Shown here in pieces: positions 48,119 to 57,188 of a stretch of 61,012 nt of DNA (its first letter is position 1; every line of letters begins with the position of its first letter). The position numbers and the translations under genes were made by a program. Source of the DNA: Candidatus Omnitrophota bacterium (lineage in GTDB: Bacteria; Omnitrophota; Omnitrophia; Omnitrophales; JACROU01); assembly GCA_016214265.1 (NCBI GenBank), contig JACROU010000078.1, forward strand, positions 1 to 61,012, written 5' to 3'. A model generated the notes under the pieces. It did not search any database and was not told the DNA's origin. It saw nothing but the letters and a program-made list of their open reading frames with translations.

Positions 48119-50752
48119 ATGAAAATCGAACTCGACAAAACATACAATCCCCGAGAAATTGAGACAAAGTGGTATGAACATTGGGAAAAGTCCGGATACT
48201 TTTCTCCGAAAGTAAATGCCGCTAAAAAGCCGTTTGTCATCGTCATTCCTCCGCCCAATGTGACGGGCATTCTCCACATGGGCCATGCGCTCAATAACAC
48301 CATTCAGGATATTCTGATCCGCTGGCACCGGATGCGGCAGGAGCCGACTTTGTGGGTTCCGGGAACGGATCACGCCGGTATCGCGACGCAGAACGTGGTT
48401 GAGAAAAAACTCGCCAAACAGAATAAGACCCGCCACGATTTCAGCCGCGAAGAATTTTTGAGCGAAGTTTGGAAATGGAAAGAAGAGCACGGTTCGACGA
48501 TTGTCCGTCAGCTGCGCCGTCTCGGGGCTTCTTGCGATTGGACGCGCGAGCGGTTCACGATGGATGAAGGGCTGTCAAAAGCCGTGCGCGAAGCGTTTGT
48601 CCGGCTCTACGAAAAGGACATGATTTATCAAGGCTACCGCATCATCAACTGGTGCCCGCGCTGCCACACCGCACTTTCCGACGAAGAAGCGCCTCACAAA
48701 GAGCTTGAAGGAATGCTTTACTACATCAAATATCCAGTGAAGGGCAAGACCGGCGAGCATATCACCGTCGCCACCACGCGCCCCGAAACGATGCTGGGCG
48801 ACACGGCCGTCGCGGTCAATCCGAAGGATGAGCGCTATCACGCGATTCACCATCACAAAATTATTCTCCCGCTCGTAGACCGCGAACTTTCCGTAATTCA
48901 GGATGAATTTGTCGATCCGGATTTCGGATCCGGCATCGTGAAAGTGACGCCGGCTCATGATCCAAACGATTTTGAAATGGGCCAGCGTCACAAACTGGAA
49001 TTTATCAATGTCCTCAATCCGGATGGAACCATCAACGAAAAGGGCGGCGCCTACGCCGGCATGGACCGATTTAAAGCCCGCAAGCAGATTGTCGAAGACC
49101 TCGAGGCGCAGGGATTGCTCGTCAAAAAAGTGTCGCATCTGCACGCCGTCGGCCATTGCTATCGCTGTCATACTGTGATCGAGCCGTATTATTCGAAGCA
49201 GTGGTTCGTGAAAATGAGACCGCTTGCGGATATGGCTGCCAAAGCTGTCCGTGAACAAAAAGTCAATTTCGTTCCCGACCGGTGGACCAAAGTTTATCTG
49301 AACTGGATGGATAATATCCGCGACTGGTGCATTTCGCGTCAGATCTGGTGGGGCCATCAAATCCCGGTCTGGTATTGCGATAATAAAAATTGTAAGCCGA
49401 TTGTATCGCGCGAAAACCCGACGAAATGTCCGGCCTGCGGTTCGGCGAAACTCAAGCAGGATGAGGATGTGCTCGACACCTGGTTTTCCTCGTGGTTGTG
49501 GCCGTTTTCCACGCTTGGCTGGCCGGAGAAAACACCGGACCTGAAATGTTTTTATCCCACTTCGGATTTGGTGACCGCCTCCGAAATTATTTTTTTCTGG
49601 GTGGCGCGTATGATTATGGCCGGATGTGAATTTATGGGCGCGGCGCCATTTAACACGGTCAACATTCACGGGACGATCCGCACCGAAACCGGGCAGAAAA
49701 TGTCGAAATCGCTGGGCAATATTATCGATCCGCTCGATGTGATCGATCATGTCGGCGCCGACGCGCTCCGGTTCAGCTTGATGATGATTACCGGAGCCGG
49801 GCAGGACGCGTTTCTATCGCCTGAGAAATTTGAAATCGGTAGGAATTTCACGAATAAAATCTGGAACGCCTGCCGTTTCGTGTTTATGAATATGAAAACC
49901 GAGTCATTCGACAATTTTGAATTGACCGCGGAGAAAATCAAAAATTTAGGCTGGGTGGATCAATGGATTCTTTCCGAGCTGAATCGTTCCATTGATGAAA
50001 CGAACCGGGCTTTGGAAACGTATCGCTTCAACGATGCCTGCGGCACTCTTTACCATTTCTTCTGGCATGATTTCTGCGATTGGTATGTCGAGCTGTCGAA
50101 ACAGAAACTGTCCGAAAAGGTTTTTTTGCACGTGCTTGAGAAAAGCTTGCGGCTTCTTCATCCGCTCATGCCTTTCCAGACCGAGGAGATTTGGCAGAAA
50201 TTGAAACTCATTACCAAAAAGGATTTAGGCGAAACGATCTCACTCGCCGAATGGCCGGTTTCGAATAAGTCACAGGTATTCGATGCCGCGGTAAAAAAGG
50301 CGGAATTGTTGAAAGATGTGGTGTTTCTGCTCCGGAACTTTCGGGCCGAAAATGACATCGATCCCAAAAAAGGAATTCACGTGGCCATTGATTCCCAGGA
50401 TGCGCTCATTAAAGAATTAAGCTCGGAAATCAAATTGCTGGTGCGCGCGGAGGAAGTCGCCTTCAAATCGGGAGTGAAAGGCTGGCTCAAAGTGGGCGTT
50501 GTGAAGGGGGCGGTTGTTTATGTCGACGCCAGCAAGGATATCGACATTGCCAAGCGCAAGAAGGCGATCGAAGATAACGTCAAAAAACTCGAAGGTTATC
50601 TGAAAGCGCTCGACGCGAAGCTTGCAAACGACGACTTCAAAAAGCGCGCGCCGAAAGAAGTGTATGACGGGGAACTTGCCAAACAGCAGGAATCTCTCCA
50701 AAAACTCAATCATTTCAAGGACGAACAGAAAGCGCTTGAAACGCTTTCATAA
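48119..50752 (+). CDS. valS: valine--tRNA ligase
   Basis: PPPNVTGILHMGH, DHAGIATQ, DWCISRQIWWGH, KMSKS, C-terminal coiled coil. Confidence 0.98.
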   Translation: MKIELDKTYNPREIETKWYEHWEKSGYFSPKVNAAKKPFVIVIPPPNVTGILHMGHALNNTIQDILIRWHRMRQEPTLWVPGTDHAGIATQNVVEKKLAKQNKTRHDFSREEFLSEVWKWKEEHGSTIVRQLRRLGASCDWTRERFTMDEGLSKAVREAFVRLYEKDMIYQGYRIINWCPRCHTALSDEEAPHKELEGMLYYIKYPVKGKTGEHITVATTRPETMLGDTAVAVNPKDERYHAIHHHKIILPLVDRELSVIQDEFVDPDFGSGIVKVTPAHDPNDFEMGQRHKLEFINVLNPDGTINEKGGAYAGMDRFKARKQIVEDLEAQGLLVKKVSHLHAVGHCYRCHTVIEPYYSKQWFVKMRPLADMAAKAVREQKVNFVPDRWTKVYLNWMDNIRDWCISRQIWWGHQIPVWYCDNKNCKPIVSRENPTKCPACGSAKLKQDEDVLDTWFSSWLWPFSTLGWPEKTPDLKCFYPTSDLVTASEIIFFWVARMIMAGCEFMGAAPFNTVNIHGTIRTETGQKMSKSLGNIIDPLDVIDHVGADALRFSLMMITGAGQDAFLSPEKFEIGRNFTNKIWNACRFVFMNMKTESFDNFELTAEKIKNLGWVDQWILSELNRSIDETNRALETYRFNDACGTLYHFFWHDFCDWYVELSKQKLSEKVFLHVLEKSLRLLHPLMPFQTEEIWQKLKLITKKDLGETISLAEWPVSNKSQVFDAAVKKAELLKDVVFLLRNFRAENDIDPKKGIHVAIDSQDALIKELSSEIKLLVRAEEVAFKSGVKGWLKVGVVKGAVVYVDASKDIDIAKRKKAIEDNVKKLEGYLKALDAKLANDDFKKRAPKEVYDGELAKQQESLQKLNHFKDEQKALETLS

Positions 50753-50767
50753 CCCGATCGGAATATC

Positions 50768-51514
50768 ATGAAAGAACGTCTCGCAAAATATTTGGCGCAT
50801 GCCGGAGTGGCCAGCCGCCGCAAGGCTGAAACGTGGATTCGGCTCGGCAGTATTTCGGTAAACGGAAAAATTGTGACGGAAGTGGCGACGCTTGTTGACC
50901 CGCAGGAAGATCGTATCGAGGTCGAGGGCAAGCGCGTTCGGCCGGAGCATGTCACTTATGTGGCGTTCAACAAGCCGAAAGGCGTGATGTGTACACTCGA
51001 GGATCCGCATTCCCACAACACGCTCACCGAATGGCTGCCGCAAAAACTCGGACGTATTTATCCGGTCGGCCGGCTCGACAAAAATTCTACTGGTCTTCTA
51101 CTTCTGACCAACGATGGTGAGCTCGCGAATCGATTGATTCATCCGCGCTACAAAGTGGACAAGATTTATCTGGTGGATGTCTCGGGTGCGTTCCGGTCTG
51201 ATGACGTGAAGCGTCTCGAGCGGGGTATTGTGCTCGAGGAAGGAAAAACGCATCCATGCAAAGTTGAAATTTTAAATTTGGGAAACAAAATCTCGAAACT
51301 CCGGTTCACACTTCAAGAAGGAAAAAAACGTCAAATCCGGCGCATGCTCGAGGTTATTGGTTATGAAGTTAAAATGCTGCACCGGGTTTCGATCGGCCCA
51401 ATTCAATTGGGACCACTCAAAGAAGGAAAATGGCGTTTCTTAAGTCCCGTCGAGGTGAGCCGCCTTAAAACCGCGGCCGGACTGGGCGTTCAGGTCATCA
51501 TTCGTGAAAAATAA
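50768..51514 (+). CDS. rluB: rRNA pseudouridine synthase (RsuA/RluB family)
   Basis: S4 domain ERLAKYLA...SRRKAE; VGRLD; EGKKRQIRRM. Confidence 0.85.
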   Translation: MKERLAKYLAHAGVASRRKAETWIRLGSISVNGKIVTEVATLVDPQEDRIEVEGKRVRPEHVTYVAFNKPKGVMCTLEDPHSHNTLTEWLPQKLGRIYPVGRLDKNSTGLLLLTNDGELANRLIHPRYKVDKIYLVDVSGAFRSDDVKRLERGIVLEEGKTHPCKVEILNLGNKISKLRFTLQEGKKRQIRRMLEVIGYEVKMLHRVSIGPIQLGPLKEGKWRFLSPVEVSRLKTAAGLGVQVIIREK

Positions 51515-52427
51515 CATGCCTCTCAATCTCTATTTCAGCCCCACATTAATTCGCCGGCTCAAACTGGCGCTGTATGAAGATATCCAGTCCGGGGATATCA
51601 CCACCAATTTGATTGTACCGCGCAACTTTGACATTACGGCGAAACTGATTACGCGCGAATCATGTGTTATCTCGGGATTGATTCTTATCCCTATAATTTT
51701 CCGGTTTTTGAGCGCCAAAGTTAAAGTTACTTTGATAGCGAAGGAAGGCTCACAGGTAAAAGCCGGTCAGACGATTGCGACGATATCCGGCCCGGCCCGG
51801 GCGATTCTGACAGGTGAGCGCGTTGCGATTAATTTTGCGGCGAAACTTTCCGGTATTGCGACGGCCACGCACGAATTTGTGAAACGCATCGAGCCCTATC
51901 ACACCGAACTATTGGCCACACGAAAAACGGCACCGCTTCTTCGGGATGTGGAAAAATACGCGGTTCAGTGCGGCGGTGGGCATACGCATCGTCAGGGCCT
52001 TTTCGATCAATACATGGTTAAAGACAATCATAAAGAAGTTTTAAAGGCGATGGGAGCAAGGCTGGCTAGCAAAGCCATCGAACGATTGCGTCGATCAAGA
52101 AAAAAAGGAGTTCTTTTGACTGTTGAAGTAGATTCGGTTCGAGAAATTCCTTGGGCCATGTCGTTTCGTCCCGAGATTATTTTGCTCGATAATTTTAGCA
52201 TTTCCGATCTCAGAAAAGCGGTTCGTTTTGTGCGAGAATTGTCAAAGGACGAAGGCGTGGCGAAGCCGCTACTGGAAGCTTCGGGCGGCATCGCGTTGGA
52301 TAAGGTGCGCGCGATCGCGAAAACCGGGGTCGAGCGGATTTCTGTCGGCAGTATCACGCATTCCGTGCGATCGATGAATTTTAGCTTGGAGGTGACATCG
52401 CCTGAGGCGTTGTCATCCCGGGCTTGA
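51504..52427 (+). CDS. nadC: nicotinate-nucleotide diphosphorylase (quinolinate phosphoribosyltransferase)
   Basis: EDIQSGDITT, ERVAIN, TRKTAP, HRQGL, KDNH, LDN, EASGG. Confidence 0.95.
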   Translation: MKNNMPLNLYFSPTLIRRLKLALYEDIQSGDITTNLIVPRNFDITAKLITRESCVISGLILIPIIFRFLSAKVKVTLIAKEGSQVKAGQTIATISGPARAILTGERVAINFAAKLSGIATATHEFVKRIEPYHTELLATRKTAPLLRDVEKYAVQCGGGHTHRQGLFDQYMVKDNHKEVLKAMGARLASKAIERLRRSRKKGVLLTVEVDSVREIPWAMSFRPEIILLDNFSISDLRKAVRFVRELSKDEGVAKPLLEASGGIALDKVRAIAKTGVERISVGSITHSVRSMNFSLEVTSPEALSSRA

Positions 52428-52521
52428 CCCGGGATCCAGTCGTATTAGGTGCCAGGTTCATGAACCTGGCACCTAATTCCTCGGAGTTTGCCCCGGACAC
52501 CGATCCGGGGCGGGAATGACA
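52411..52521. repeat. GTCAT...ATGAC palindromic element with nested GTGCCAGG palindrome
   Basis: Inverted relative of 26935-27031; supplies the nadC stop codon. Confidence 0.85.
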
Positions 52522-52529
52522 AAAAAAAT

Positions 52530-54554
52530 ATGTTCACTCTTGTCTCATCATTCAAACCGGAAGGCGATCAGCCGCAAGCGATTGAAAAATTAGTTTCCGG
52601 ACTCCGGCAGGGAATGAAAGAGCAGGTGCTCGTCGGCGTTACCGGATCCGGAAAAACGTTTACGATGGCCAATATCATTCGCGAGTTGGGCCGTCCGACG
52701 CTGGTGATTTCCCACAACAAAACACTCGCTGCTCAGCTTTATTCCGAGCTTAAAGAATTTTTTCCGTCGAACGCCGTCGAATATTTCGTTTCCTACTACG
52801 ATTATTATCAGCCCGAAGCGTACATTCCGCACACCGATACCTACATCGAAAAAGACGCGTCGATCAATGATGACCTCGACCGCCTGCGTTTGGCCGCGAC
52901 CAGTTCACTGTTGTCGCGCAAAGATGCGATTATCGTGGCGTCGGTGTCCTGCATTTACGGATTGGGTTCCCCGGAAGATTGGGCGGGACTCTTGGTTCAA
53001 ATTGAGCGGGGCCAAACCATCGATCGGGATGATTTGATTCGCCAACTCGTCGCGATTCAGTACGCCCGGGCCGACTCCGATTTTAAGCGCGGCTCACTGC
53101 GCGTTCGCGGAGACGTCATCGAAATTTTTCCGTCATACCGGGAAAATCCCTATCGAATTCAAATGTCCGGCGATAAAGTGGAGCAGATTACGCTTTTGGA
53201 TAAAGAAAATTTCACGCCCATCGAGGATTTGGCGAAGCTTGCGGTTTATCCGGCAAAACACTTCGTTTCATCCTCCGACCGGATCAAAGAAGCCATCAAG
53301 TCCATCGAGACGGAAGCCGCCGAGCAGGTGCGTGAATTGGAGCGATCGGGGAAAATGCTCGAGGCGAAGCGTCTTCATTCCCGGACGATGTATGATTTGG
53401 AAATGCTTCAAGAGGTGGGATACTGTTCCGGCATCGAAAATTATTCCCGCCATTTGTCCGGACGCTTGCCGGGCTCGAAGCCGTACACGCTCATCGATTA
53501 TTTCCCAAAAGATTTTTTGACCATCATCGACGAATCGCACGCGACGGTGCCACAAATCCGCGGAATGTACAACGGAGACCTGGCCCGAAAAAAGACACTC
53601 GTGGAACACGGATTCCGCCTGCCGTCAGCCCTCGACAATCGTCCGCTGAATTTCGCCGAGTTCGAGAAAATGGTCGGGCAGGTGATTTATGTTTCCGCCA
53701 CACCCGGTCCTTACGAAATGAACCGGACGGATCAAATCGTCGAACAGATTATCCGTCCGACCGGATTGATGGACCCAGAAATCGAAGTGCGTCCGACGAA
53801 AGGGCAGATCGATGATCTGGTCGGCGAAATCAAAAAGCGCGCAGCGGTTCATGAGCGCGTGCTTGTCACGACGCTCACGAAACGGATGTCGGAAGATTTG
53901 ACGACTTATCTGAAAGATATGGGCGTTCAGGTGCGGTATCTGCATTCTGAAATCGACGCGATCAAACGTATGGAAATTCTGCGCGATCTCAGGATGCGGA
54001 AATTCGATTGTCTCGTGGGCATCAATCTGCTGCGTGAAGGATTGGATTTGCCTGAGGTGTCACTCGTCGTGATTCTGGACGCCGATAAAGAAGGATTCCT
54101 CCGGAGTGACGTTTCGTTGATTCAGACCTCGGGGCGCGCGGCGCGAAATGTGAACGGACGCGTCATCATGTACGCCGATCAAATTACCGATTCGATGCGC
54201 GTCGCTATTCAAGAAACCGAACGCCGCCGGAAAATTCAGGGACGTTACAATCAGGAAAATAATGTCACGCCCACCTCCATCGTGAAAGCCATTCGCGACG
54301 GCATCGAATCCGTGCGCCGCGCGGAAGAATTCGTGAACGAAGTGGTGGGCGAATCCAGAGAAGAGTACGAGCTTAAATCGTATGTGGCCTATCTGAAAGA
54401 GCGTATGGAACGTGCTTCCGTTGCCCTCGATTTCGAAAAAGCTGCCCGCTTCCGCGACGAAATCCGCAAAGTCGAGTCGGAATACGGCATGGAAGTCATC
54501 CCCAAAGCAGCACCTAAGACCAAGCCCAAACCTAAGTTAAGACCGAAGAAATAA
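52530..54554 (+). CDS. uvrB: excinuclease ABC subunit B
   Basis: [46 protein letters not shown]-terminal UVR motif. Confidence 0.98.
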   Translation: MFTLVSSFKPEGDQPQAIEKLVSGLRQGMKEQVLVGVTGSGKTFTMANIIRELGRPTLVISHNKTLAAQLYSELKEFFPSNAVEYFVSYYDYYQPEAYIPHTDTYIEKDASINDDLDRLRLAATSSLLSRKDAIIVASVSCIYGLGSPEDWAGLLVQIERGQTIDRDDLIRQLVAIQYARADSDFKRGSLRVRGDVIEIFPSYRENPYRIQMSGDKVEQITLLDKENFTPIEDLAKLAVYPAKHFVSSSDRIKEAIKSIETEAAEQVRELERSGKMLEAKRLHSRTMYDLEMLQEVGYCSGIENYSRHLSGRLPGSKPYTLIDYFPKDFLTIIDESHATVPQIRGMYNGDLARKKTLVEHGFRLPSALDNRPLNFAEFEKMVGQVIYVSATPGPYEMNRTDQIVEQIIRPTGLMDPEIEVRPTKGQIDDLVGEIKKRAAVHERVLVTTLTKRMSEDLTTYLKDMGVQVRYLHSEIDAIKRMEILRDLRMRKFDCLVGINLLREGLDLPEVSLVVILDADKEGFLRSDVSLIQTSGRAARNVNGRVIMYADQITDSMRVAIQETERRRKIQGRYNQENNVTPTSIVKAIRDGIESVRRAEEFVNEVVGESREEYELKSYVAYLKERMERASVALDFEKAARFRDEIRKVESEYGMEVIPKAAPKTKPKPKLRPKK

Positions 54555-54614
54555 GCCTCTTCTGGACCTTGAAATCCTCCAATCATGTGCTACATTTATT
54601 ATCTTACTAAAGAC

Positions 54615-57188
54615 ATGAGAAAAATCTTTACCTTCCTAACGTTATTCTTCTTCACGGCCAACACTTTGGTGTGGGGGGCTCCGGCAGATGCGGCTACTTT
54701 GCTGGCCGGCACTTCGCGCTCTGAAGGCGACTTTGCCATTATTCATATTCAGGACGCGCATTCCAATTATGAAGTGCAGAAAAGCATTCGCGAAATTTTG
54801 TCGCATCTTCATGACGATGAAGGTGTTAGTTTCGTCGCGCTCGAGGGTGCCTGGCAGCCGCTCGCTCCCAATGTTTACCATTTTTTTCCGGATGCAAAAT
54901 CTAATCTTAAAGTTGCCGATTATTTGGCGCAAAAAGGGGAAATGTCGGGCGCGGAACTGTACGCGCTCGAGTTGTCAGTAGGAGCGGTTCGCGAACCGCC
55001 CGTACACTTCGAGGGTGTCGAAGACGCGAAAATTTATCGCGAAGATTACGAGCTTTTCAAAAAAGTACTGGCTAGGCAGGACGAAGTTAAAAAATATTAT
55101 GATGATCTGTTTGCGAAACTGGATGTTGAAAAGTCCAAAGTCTACTCTTCTGAATTTTTAAGATTCGACCGGAATATCCGCGATTACGAAAATAAGCATC
55201 TTGAACTCGCGGCTTTTTTGAGAATTCTCGAGAAATCCGCGAAAGAAAAACTTCAAACAGAATTAACCAGCCCCGATAATCAGCGCGAATGGCCATATCT
55301 TTGCCGTATGCTTCGGGTCATGAATGCTTCGCAGGGATTGAATATGAAGGCGGTGGAAAAAGACGCCGCGAAACTCTGTATTGATTTGAACGATAAATCT
55401 CTTGCGGCCAATCCCCGCGGATTTTTCGAATCCGTTTACTTGGATTCCCTCAATAAGGGTATGCCTCTCGATGGCTATCAAGCCTTGCGTCAATATTCCG
55501 AGCATCTCATTCTCAAAAGCGAAATCATCGGCCCGGAACTTTTTGCGGAAATGGATTCATTGATCGGCAAGCTCTCCAATGCTTATGCCGCGAACGCGAA
55601 GGAAAAGGAACTTCTGAATCGTTCCCGCGAAGCGCGACTTACCGAGAAACTTTTGAAATTTGAGGCGACAGGGAGGGAATGGCAAGAATATTCTCGTGAG
55701 CCGTGGTCTGTGTACCGTGGTCCGGTTCACAGTTCACTGTCCACGGTCCACGAAACAGCTTTTCGATTTTACCAACTCGCCGAACAACGCAACCAAATCC
55801 TTCTCGACAACACGCTCGCGAAAATGAAATCGCGCGGCGTGAAAAAAGCCGTTCTCATTACCGGCGGATTTCACTCGCGGGGGATCGAAACTTTAGCGAA
55901 ACAGAAAAACATTTCGTACCGCACTATTCAACCGAAAATTCGCGAAGAATTTTCAAATCAGCGTTATCGTGATGCTGTCCTCGGCACTTGGTGGCGAAAA
56001 ACGGCTGAATCAAAAATTCCAAAACCGCTTTGGATGGTGCAAGAGCCTGACGATGCTGTTGAGCGCTCGAAGATCATAAGGATTGCCATTGCACAAATGT
56101 CACGAGCCGCTTCTCTTGGTCAGCAGATTCCAAACGCAAATACTCACTCGCTTATCCAACCACTTACGGAAGCTGAATCCCATCAGTTGGCTGAACGGGT
56201 TCTCGTAAAATTACACGGAACAAAATTCACCGAGCACGAACCCATCATTGTCAACGGCCGGCGATTTGGTTTTGAATCTGACCAAGAATTTGATCCGGCC
56301 GATCCATGGTTTGCTCTTTCCCGCATCATTCGTCTTGGTCCGCTGGTTTTTGTTGTCATTTCGCGGAGATTTGACGCTGCTGCTGTTGAACGGAAAGTCG
56401 GCTTGATGAAACAGACGCTGGGTGATGTTTTTGCCAGAAATTCCGGAAATATATTTTTTATTCAACCGACATCAGACGGAACCGAGACAAATAAAATGCC
56501 TCTAAGTCCATACTCGCGTTCCATGATTGCGGCGATGCTGGCGTACCCGGAAAAATTTAAGGGTGCCATTGCAGCTGATTTTGGTGCTGGCGACGGATTG
56601 CTTTCCCGTATCGCTCTGGGGCTTGGCGCGAAACAAGTATTTTTGATCGAAAGGGATGCTGTGAATTCGAGGATAGCCGAAGCGTTTTTACGGCAGGATG
56701 GCCGCGATAATTTCATTATTTCATCCAACGATATTACTTCGCAGCAATTCGAAACCTTTTCGCGAGAATATCAGTTGTCAGAAAAAGTAAATGTGGTGCT
56801 TGCAAACTTGGGGCCCTGGAAACATTACGGAGATGCTAATCAGCAAGTTTTGAATTTTATTGCTCGATGGAAAAATATTGAATTGCTGATTAACGGAGGG
56901 TATGGATTCCCAGAAGGCTGGATCGGAAAAGCGGGACTTCTTTTAAAGGGATTGTGGCATGTCAGTCATGAGCCCGCGTTCAAGATCGCAAAACAAAATC
57001 TTGAAAAAAATCTTTTTCTGACAGTTCTAACGCTCGCGGACGCATTCTGGATGAAATCACGCGGGCGCATTCACCCGAGGAAGCTGCCGAGGGGCTTAAA
57101 CAATTGTCCGCGATTTTGGCCGCGGAAGCTGAAACCGAATTCCGCCAGGGAGAGGATGACGGTTACAATCGTCCGGGACCTGATGTGA
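54615..57188 (+). CDS. N-terminal part of a giant secreted modular protein (TraB/TIKI-like domain plus SAM methyltransferase module)
   Basis: Signal peptide MRKIFTFLTLFFFTANTLVWGAPA; HIQDAH, ALEG, RN, LITGGFH; RAASLG linker; DFGAGDG SAM motif. ATG 54585 lies inside a TTGAAA...TGcTACATT promoter-like element. Coding likely changes frame near 57005-57020. Confidence 0.75.
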   Translation: MRKIFTFLTLFFFTANTLVWGAPADAATLLAGTSRSEGDFAIIHIQDAHSNYEVQKSIREILSHLHDDEGVSFVALEGAWQPLAPNVYHFFPDAKSNLKVADYLAQKGEMSGAELYALELSVGAVREPPVHFEGVEDAKIYREDYELFKKVLARQDEVKKYYDDLFAKLDVEKSKVYSSEFLRFDRNIRDYENKHLELAAFLRILEKSAKEKLQTELTSPDNQREWPYLCRMLRVMNASQGLNMKAVEKDAAKLCIDLNDKSLAANPRGFFESVYLDSLNKGMPLDGYQALRQYSEHLILKSEIIGPELFAEMDSLIGKLSNAYAANAKEKELLNRSREARLTEKLLKFEATGREWQEYSREPWSVYRGPVHSSLSTVHETAFRFYQLAEQRNQILLDNTLAKMKSRGVKKAVLITGGFHSRGIETLAKQKNISYRTIQPKIREEFSNQRYRDAVLGTWWRKTAESKIPKPLWMVQEPDDAVERSKIIRIAIAQMSRAASLGQQIPNANTHSLIQPLTEAESHQLAERVLVKLHGTKFTEHEPIIVNGRRFGFESDQEFDPADPWFALSRIIRLGPLVFVVISRRFDAAAVERKVGLMKQTLGDVFARNSGNIFFIQPTSDGTETNKMPLSPYSRSMIAAMLAYPEKFKGAIAADFGAGDGLLSRIALGLGAKQVFLIERDAVNSRIAEAFLRQDGRDNFIISSNDITSQQFETFSREYQLSEKVNVVLANLGPWKHYGDANQQVLNFIARWKNIELLINGGYGFPEGWIGKAGLLLKGLWHVSHEPAFKIAKQNLEKNLFLTVLTLADAFWMKSRGRIHPRKLPRGLNNCPRFWPRKLKPNSARERMTVTIVRDLM
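54978..55005. repeat. GTAG-family REP palindrome inside a CDS
   Basis: GTAGGAGCGGTTCGCGAACCGCCCGTAC, read as VGAVREPPV. Confidence 0.7.
55694..55753. repeat. 7-mer hairpin inside a CDS (60 bp, frame-preserving)
   Basis: TCGTG AGCCGTG GTCTGTG TACCGTG GTCCGGTT CACAGTT CACTGTC CACGGTC CACGA. Confidence 0.82.

Noticed and set aside
43866-49750. Long antisense ORFs (43866-45116, 48575-49750 and similar)
   Set aside because: They shadow well-conserved + strand genes and show no recognisable motifs.
52448-52473. LexA box upstream of uvrB
   Set aside because: GTTC-AT-GAAC has the wrong order and spacing and is part of a dispersed repeat also found after nuoN.
14974-52529. Extended ORF-track starts (14974, 20704, 21628, 27156, 33022, 41328, 45199, 52488)
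   Set aside because: They overlap upstream genes or repeats; downstream ATGs fit family N-termini or RBS position better.
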